Positions 54,633 to 58,889 of a stretch of 58,889 bases of DNA are shown here, one piece after another. Position numbers and translations under genes: made by a program. Origin of the DNA: a virus (lineage: Duplodnaviria; Caudoviricetes); IMG/VR virus record IMGVR_UViG_3300007735_000764, positions 1-58,889 of that record; one strand, 5' to 3'. Each line of letters starts with the position of its first letter. The stretch's first letter is position 1. The notes beneath the pieces were generated by a model, which saw only the letters and a list, made by a program, of their open reading frames with translations, was not told the DNA's origin and searched no databases.

Positions 54633-55088
54633 TTAATCGGAGGAACGATTTCCCCCGAAGGTGACTCTGCTTTGCCGTTCAGGTTTAGTGATCGGCATTG
54701 TGGGATTGCTCTCACGCATCAGGTCGTTGTCCACCGCAGCAAGCTGCTCATTGGTCTGACGACGGTAATACGCGTTGCGTTGTTGTGCCAGTTCAAGAGG
54801 GATCCGGGCCAACACAAGGCCACCGACACCAATAACTCCGGCATGTTTGCCGTCTTGGATCGATGGGAGTTCCCAATCCGGATATTCCTCGGCGCGAACA
54901 AGTTCAAAACCTTCGCGGAGACGTGCGGATAGATTCTTCCGGTCATCTTGCCCGTTGGCTTCCATACGGATCCAACGATGAGCAAAGCCCTCCGGTGCAG
55001 GAGGTGCGTCCAGTGAGGACGGGGGCTTCCACGCTTTGGGGCGGGAAGACTTGGCACGGCTGGTTTCAGCGCGCGGGGTTCGTTCCAT
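54633..55088 (-). CDS. Conserved head-assembly protein
   Basis: W.PPS.LDAP..PEG..HRWIR, LREG.ELVR, G.IGVGGL.LARIP; GAGGA RBS before ATG 55088. Confidence 0.8.
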   Translation of the reverse strand: MERTPRAETSRAKSSRPKAWKPPSSLDAPPAPEGFAHRWIRMEANGQDDRKNLSARLREGFELVRAEEYPDWELPSIQDGKHAGVIGVGGLVLARIPLELAQQRNAYYRRQTNEQLAAVDNDLMRESNPTMPITKPERQSRVTFGGNRSSD

Positions 55089-55102
55089 GGCAGCAATCCT
55101 CT

Positions 55103-55993
55103 TCAACGAGCGAGTTTCTGAAGTTGCCGCGCATAATCTTTTACACTAACTCCAAGCTTGCGGGCAATCTCAATTTGTGAACGGGTCAACTTCACCTGTT
55201 TGGGGTTGCTGTCAGACCGTCCGGTGGGACGCGCAGACGCGACAGCCGCGGGGGCAGGCGCCTCTGGTTTCTTGAAGCGTTGCGGAAACTCCGTCCGAAT
55301 ACGCTTGTCGAGTTCGGAGTAATAATCGTCTCCGGTCGGGTCAAAACCCTCCTCTTCCACAAGCTGGCTGTGGATGACAAAGGCTGTCGCCGTCATGGCC
55401 TTGTCCTGACCAAACCATTCATTGCGCTCAGCCCATGCTTCAGCGCGGGGATCCGGACGGGCCGGGGCACGCTGCTGGGGAACAGGTTGTTGGACAGGTT
55501 GCTGCTGGGGCTGCGGCCGGTTCTTCACGACGCGGACGCGCTCTTCCTCCACGGCCAGCGTAGAGAGGAGCTTCTGAGCATCGATCTGCGCGTCAACATC
55601 CCCTGATTCAACGGCCGATTTGAGCTTATCTACGACAAGCTGCTGCTGTGTCTTGATCCGGTTTTCATACTCGCTGATCAAGCTCTGGTCGAGCTGAGCG
55701 GCCTTCTGTTTGAAGGCTTGGCTTTCCGCCTGCAAGCTGCGGGCATAGTCCAAAGCGGCTTGCTCCCGGCGTTCGGCCTCACGCATCTTGAAGGTGAGCT
55801 TGTCAATCCGCTTCTTGACGGATTCGCTGATGCCGCCAAGTTCGTCGTCAGACTTCTTAGCTGACTCCGGTTCTTCTTTTTCAGCCTTCTCCCCGGAGGC
55901 TTTCTCCGGTTCAGGCTTGGCCTCTTCTTCGGCCTCTTCGATAACTTCGATATCTTCTTCGTCGTCTTTTTTGAGGACTTCCGTCTCGTTCAT
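55103..55993 (-). CDS. Scaffolding protein
   Basis: Acidic N-terminus, coiled coil, PDP.AE.WA..N.WFG.D, V.LT.SQ..IA.KLGV...YA. Confidence 0.8.
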   Translation of the reverse strand: MNETEVLKKDDEEDIEVIEEAEEEAKPEPEKASGEKAEKEEPESAKKSDDELGGISESVKKRIDKLTFKMREAERREQAALDYARSLQAESQAFKQKAAQLDQSLISEYENRIKTQQQLVVDKLKSAVESGDVDAQIDAQKLLSTLAVEEERVRVVKNRPQPQQQPVQQPVPQQRAPARPDPRAEAWAERNEWFGQDKAMTATAFVIHSQLVEEEGFDPTGDDYYSELDKRIRTEFPQRFKKPEAPAPAAVASARPTGRSDSNPKQVKLTRSQIEIARKLGVSVKDYARQLQKLAR

Positions 55994-56015
55994 AGGATTT
56001 TCCCTATTGCGCAGA

Positions 56016-56501
56016 TCAGACGTTCAGAACGTCTTTGGGGTCTGCGATGGTTGCGATGATCTCGTCATCGTTGAGGATGCGGACTTCCCCGCCCTCAATC
56101 TTGAAGCGGGCGCCGGCATAACGACCGAACAGCACCCAGTCACCCTTCTTGCACCACGGCCCGCCAGGGAACTTGTCCTTGTCGGTGTAGCAATCCGCGC
56201 CCATGTGCAGCACGTAGCCGACCACAGTCGCCAGAGTCTGACGCTCCACGTACTCGTCGGGGAGGTAGACGTTGCCCTGCGTCTTGCCCTGACCGCGGAA
56301 CGGCAGAACAAGCATGCGCCAGCCTGTCGGCTTCGGGAGCCGCTCGATGGCAGTCATGTCCATTTTGGTGGGGTCTAGGTAGAGTTCTTCCTGCTTAACG
56401 TAGGCTGACTCTACAGGGGAGACGCTCTCTGCGGCCGGCGCTTCAGGGGCCTTGGCCTTTACTTTCCGGGCTACATGCTCCGGCAGGATGAGTTCACTCA
56501 T
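56016..56501 (-). CDS. groES: Co-chaperonin GroES (Cpn10)
   Basis: P.GWR.LV.P, KT.G...LP, V..VL..G, GD.VLF..YAG, RILNDDEI.A. Confidence 0.88.
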   Translation of the reverse strand: MSELILPEHVARKVKAKAPEAPAAESVSPVESAYVKQEELYLDPTKMDMTAIERLPKPTGWRMLVLPFRGQGKTQGNVYLPDEYVERQTLATVVGYVLHMGADCYTDKDKFPGGPWCKKGDWVLFGRYAGARFKIEGGEVRILNDDEIIATIADPKDVLNV

Positions 56502-56691
56502 CGTCAATTTCACTCTGTTTTAGCAGAAGACGGATTTCAGATTCGATCTCGTTCCAAGCTTCAAGCTTGCCCCGAAGATGCCGAAAAGCGGCGAAGTCGT
56601 GGACGCTGCCTTCTGTTAAAGCTTCCACAACAACGCTACGCCGCTCACGCACAATCTTGTACAATTTTTCTACAATGTAAAGATCATCCAT
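56494..56691 (-). CDS. Small helical conserved protein
   Basis: IVRERR..V...L..G...DF..F....G; directly upstream of groES. Confidence 0.75.
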   Translation of the reverse strand: MDDLYIVEKLYKIVRERRSVVVEALTEGSVHDFAAFRHLRGKLEAWNEIESEIRLLLKQSEIDDE

Positions 56692-56702
56692 AAATAAAAA
56701 CC

Positions 56703-56885
56703 TCAGTCCTTACAGAAAGCTTCACGACGAGCATTGTGAACTTTCACCTGCTCGATAGTCTTGTCCGTGTCTTTCTGGCTCCATGTAATGTAGCCAAACA
56801 CCGAGCAGCTAGTCTCTATTGAACCTGTCCTTGTCGCGCAGCCGCTCAGGATCAGTAATAACGGCATCACCAGCAATAATCGCAT
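56703..56885 (-). CDS. o-spanin (Rz1-like lipoprotein)
   Basis: LLLILSG-C lipobox; overlaps the i-spanin 3' end; second and third Cys present. Confidence 0.75.
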   Translation of the reverse strand: MRLLLVMPLLLILSGCATRTGSIETSCSVFGYITWSQKDTDKTIEQVKVHNARREAFCKD

Positions 56886-57042
56886 TTTTAATCCTCTCTA
56901 GTTCGATTTCCATACGACGTGCTTCGGCCAAGGCCACGGCATCAGATCGGATCTTCCAATAAAGCCCGGTGCATAGGACCACAGCTATAGCACCGAGTGC
57001 TACATACCGGCCAATCGGGGATAGGAGAAAGGGGAGAATCAC
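56809..57042 (-). CDS. i-spanin (Rz-like)
   Basis: N-terminal TM helix plus short periplasmic helix; GTGA overlap with the endolysin. Confidence 0.7.
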   Translation of the reverse strand: MILPFLLSPIGRYVALGAIAVVLCTGLYWKIRSDAVALAEARRMEIELERIKNAIIAGDAVITDPERLRDKDRFNRD

Positions 57043-57773
57043 TCGCCCGTCTCCTCCAAACGCTGACGACGCCAGTACCAAATGGCACCGGCAGCCAGAA
57101 CAATGGCAACCAAAAGTAGAAACGTAGGATCTTTTACTAGATCCAACACGCTAGTTAAGGAATCGCCCGTATCCTTTACTTGGCGGGACACTTCGCCCGC
57201 CGCAGACAAGGCCGCAGCACCGCCCGTAAAGATGGCGGCATTGCCTTCCTTAGACTTGGACATCGTCTTAGCAGGCTTCTGAGGATCCGGCTTGACGCGG
57301 GCTTCATCGACATCAATGTCCGACCTGTCGTTGACCGAGCGCCACAAGGCGCATTCCGCACGACGACGGCGCACCAGACCGGGCAGCTCCCGACCACCGC
57401 CCTTGGTCCACTTCATCAGCTCCGCAGGAACTTCGCTGTACTTCCCAGCGTTGAGCTTCTTGAGCAGTGTGGACTTGGCCAACGCTCCTTCGCCCACGTT
57501 AAACGTGAACGATACCAGAGCGTCGAACTGGTTCTGAGAAAGCGGGACCGTAACAAGACGATCCACCGCGGACTCGTATTTAACGAGATCTCGGGCCAAG
57601 ATCTCGTTGGCTTCCTGATAGGTGATCTTCATTTTAGGCACGACTTTAGGCGGACCGGCAGCGGAGGTATGCCCCACGCCAATCGTGAGTATCCCTGCGG
57701 GACACACATAGCTTTCTAAGCGTACGCCCTCGAACTGTTTAATCAGATCGATGCCGGCCTGAGATGTTTTCAC
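57039..57773 (-). CDS. Endolysin, GH24 lysozyme with C-terminal membrane segment
   Basis: GIDLIKQFEG.RL..Y.CPAG..TIG.GHT, QNQFDALVSF.FN.G, STLLKKLN, LPGLVRRR.AE; C-terminal FLLLVAIVLAAGAIWYWRR. Confidence 0.92.
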   Translation of the reverse strand: MKTSQAGIDLIKQFEGVRLESYVCPAGILTIGVGHTSAAGPPKVVPKMKITYQEANEILARDLVKYESAVDRLVTVPLSQNQFDALVSFTFNVGEGALAKSTLLKKLNAGKYSEVPAELMKWTKGGGRELPGLVRRRRAECALWRSVNDRSDIDVDEARVKPDPQKPAKTMSKSKEGNAAIFTGGAAALSAAGEVSRQVKDTGDSLTSVLDLVKDPTFLLLVAIVLAAGAIWYWRRQRLEETGE

Positions 57774-57940
57774 CGTACAACGAAGCCCTTGTTACGGAGC
57801 ATGGCGCCCTGACCAAGGAACTTCTGACGGCCCTTCGGGGCAGCTTCCACCTTAACGGCGGATTCCTGAGCGAGAGGCACGGACCCCTGACCAACGATGG
57901 TCTGCGAGGTTTCAACGGCGGGGGTGGAGGACTTTTTCAT
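57770..57940 (-). CDS. Small protein (56 aa)
   Basis: GAGG RBS; MKKSSTPAVETSQTIVGQGSVP...KFLGQGAMLRNKGFVVR; GTGA overlap with the endolysin. Confidence 0.65.
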   Translation of the reverse strand: MKKSSTPAVETSQTIVGQGSVPLAQESAVKVEAAPKGRQKFLGQGAMLRNKGFVVR

Positions 57941-57950
57941 GGCAAACCTC

Positions 57951-58889
57951 TTAGCTGGTAGTTGTCGGAACGGGGGTGGTCATGGCCGCAGTGGGGAGAG
58001 CCGGCGGAGCATAGCTGTATCCCTGCTGCGGGGCGCCACCTTGGCCACGCATAGCGATTGAGTAATACGACTCAAACGGACTCTGATAGGGGCCTTCGAA
58101 CGGAGAAAACCCGCGATATTGCGGAGGAGGCGGAGCAAAGTATGTCTGCGGGATGGGGGCCGGGGTCGGTGCCGGAGGGGGCGGATTTGCTGCAAAAGTT
58201 CCATCCGGAGCGCCCATAACGCCTGCTGTGGCAGTTCCTGCTGGGGCTCCTGCAACACCTGCGGTAGCGCCTCCCACAGGAGCGGCCATAGTCAACGGGG
58301 CTGTGGGGGTAAAGCTGCCCTGCATTGCATTCTTTAATGCCTGATCTTGCAGGGTTTTGATCTGCGTTTCATACCGCGCCATGGCGTCAGCGCGCATCTT
58401 CTCGTACCGTTCTTCCTGTGTGGGAAGGGTCGGGGTCGGAGTCGGAGTTGGTTTGGGAGCGTTGAGACGCTTGTATTCTTCCGATGCGCGAATTGCCTCA
58501 AGCAAACCCTGTTCGGTGAGCTCGCCGCTCATAAGGGCCTTGTCCCAACCCTGAGAGGCTACGTCTTTCTCGCGGCCGCGGTTCAGTTCTGATTGATACA
58601 GGCGATTGACATCATAGGCCGCGCCTTCCTGAGAACGGCCAAGAGCCTGTTGAAGCTGAGCTTCCGTCATTGCGCCGGAGGTAAGAGCACTAACCCAATT
58701 CTGGGCGGCAGCATCATCCTTCGTGGAACGGCCCAACTCCTGCTGGTAAAGACGGTTCACGTCGTAAGCCGCAGCCTCTTGAGAGCGGCCGATGGCTTGA
58801 GCTACCGCTTCACGCGACATCCCGCCGGAAGCAATAGCATCGGCCCAAGCTTGCAAGCCGGCATCATCCGCGCCGGACCGACCCAGCTC
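57951..58889 (-). CDS. 3' part of junction-spanning DUF4214-like repeat protein (starts at 172)
   Basis: Three repeats of V..LYQ.EL.R...D.....W...L.SG......L...I..S.E, then a Pro/Thr/Ala-rich tail. Confidence 0.8.
   Translation of the reverse strand, partial: ELGRSGADDAGLQAWADAIASGGMSREAVAQAIGRSQEAAAYDVNRLYQQELGRSTKDDAAAQNWVSALTSGAMTEAQLQQALGRSQEGAAYDVNRLYQSELNRGREKDVASQGWDKALMSGELTEQGLLEAIRASEEYKRLNAPKPTPTPTPTLPTQEERYEKMRADAMARYETQIKTLQDQALKNAMQGSFTPTAPLTMAAPVGGATAGVAGAPAGTATAGVMGAPDGTFAANPPPPAPTPAPIPQTYFAPPPPQYRGFSPFEGPYQSPFESYYSIAMRGQGGAPQQGYSYAPPALPTAAMTTPVPTTTS

Noticed and set aside
58763-58889. 127-nt direct terminal repeat as a biological genome end
   Set aside because: The length matches a common assembly k-mer and it falls in the middle of a gene. 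It shows circularity or terminal redundancy, not the physical end.
1-58889. Prophage/lysogeny module or alternative genetic code
   Set aside because: No integrase, repressor or host genes were seen; core genes are full length in the standard code.

Overview
This window is a complete, circularly assembled dsDNA tailed-phage genome. Bases 58763-58889 repeat bases 1-127 exactly (assembler overlap), so the unit length is 58,762 bp, and one gene crosses the junction. The architecture looks podovirus-like: TerL, P22-like portal, scaffold, GroES co-chaperonin, Mu-gpT-like major capsid protein, adaptor and stabilisation proteins, tail fibres, and large internal/ejection proteins including an LPD38-type giant. 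The replication module has family A DNA polymerase, UvrD-like helicase, primase-polymerase, SSB-like protein and SNF2 helicase. There is also an endolysin-spanin cassette, about 30 small early/middle ORFs and four HNH homing endonucleases. A phage-encoded GcrA points to an alphaproteobacterial host. I saw no integrase, tRNA, CRISPR array or reverse transcriptase. The most interesting observations are: (1) an array of small genes (13.9-15.5 kb) built from two DNA-level-conserved repeats flanking unrelated variable segments, which looks like a recombinase-free cassette-shuffling system; (2) a shared [MYF]-[AKQ]-x-G-G-x-[VIMA] peptide tag in small basic late proteins and large internal virion proteins, a candidate capsid-loading or maturation signal; (3) an RBS-sequestering pseudoknot downstream of the capsid gene (Mu-gpT-DE-like RNA); (4) two dispersed DNA word families (GGWCC-N2 heptads and a 9-nt ..TCGA array next to terS); (5) a terminator/antiterminator switch, repeated leader hairpins and an (AG)12 tract around an early operon lying between terS and terL; (6) GcrA-type methylation motifs at promoters; (7) hairpin and antisense control of the HNH genes. 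All family assignments come from motif recognition by eye; no database search was run.
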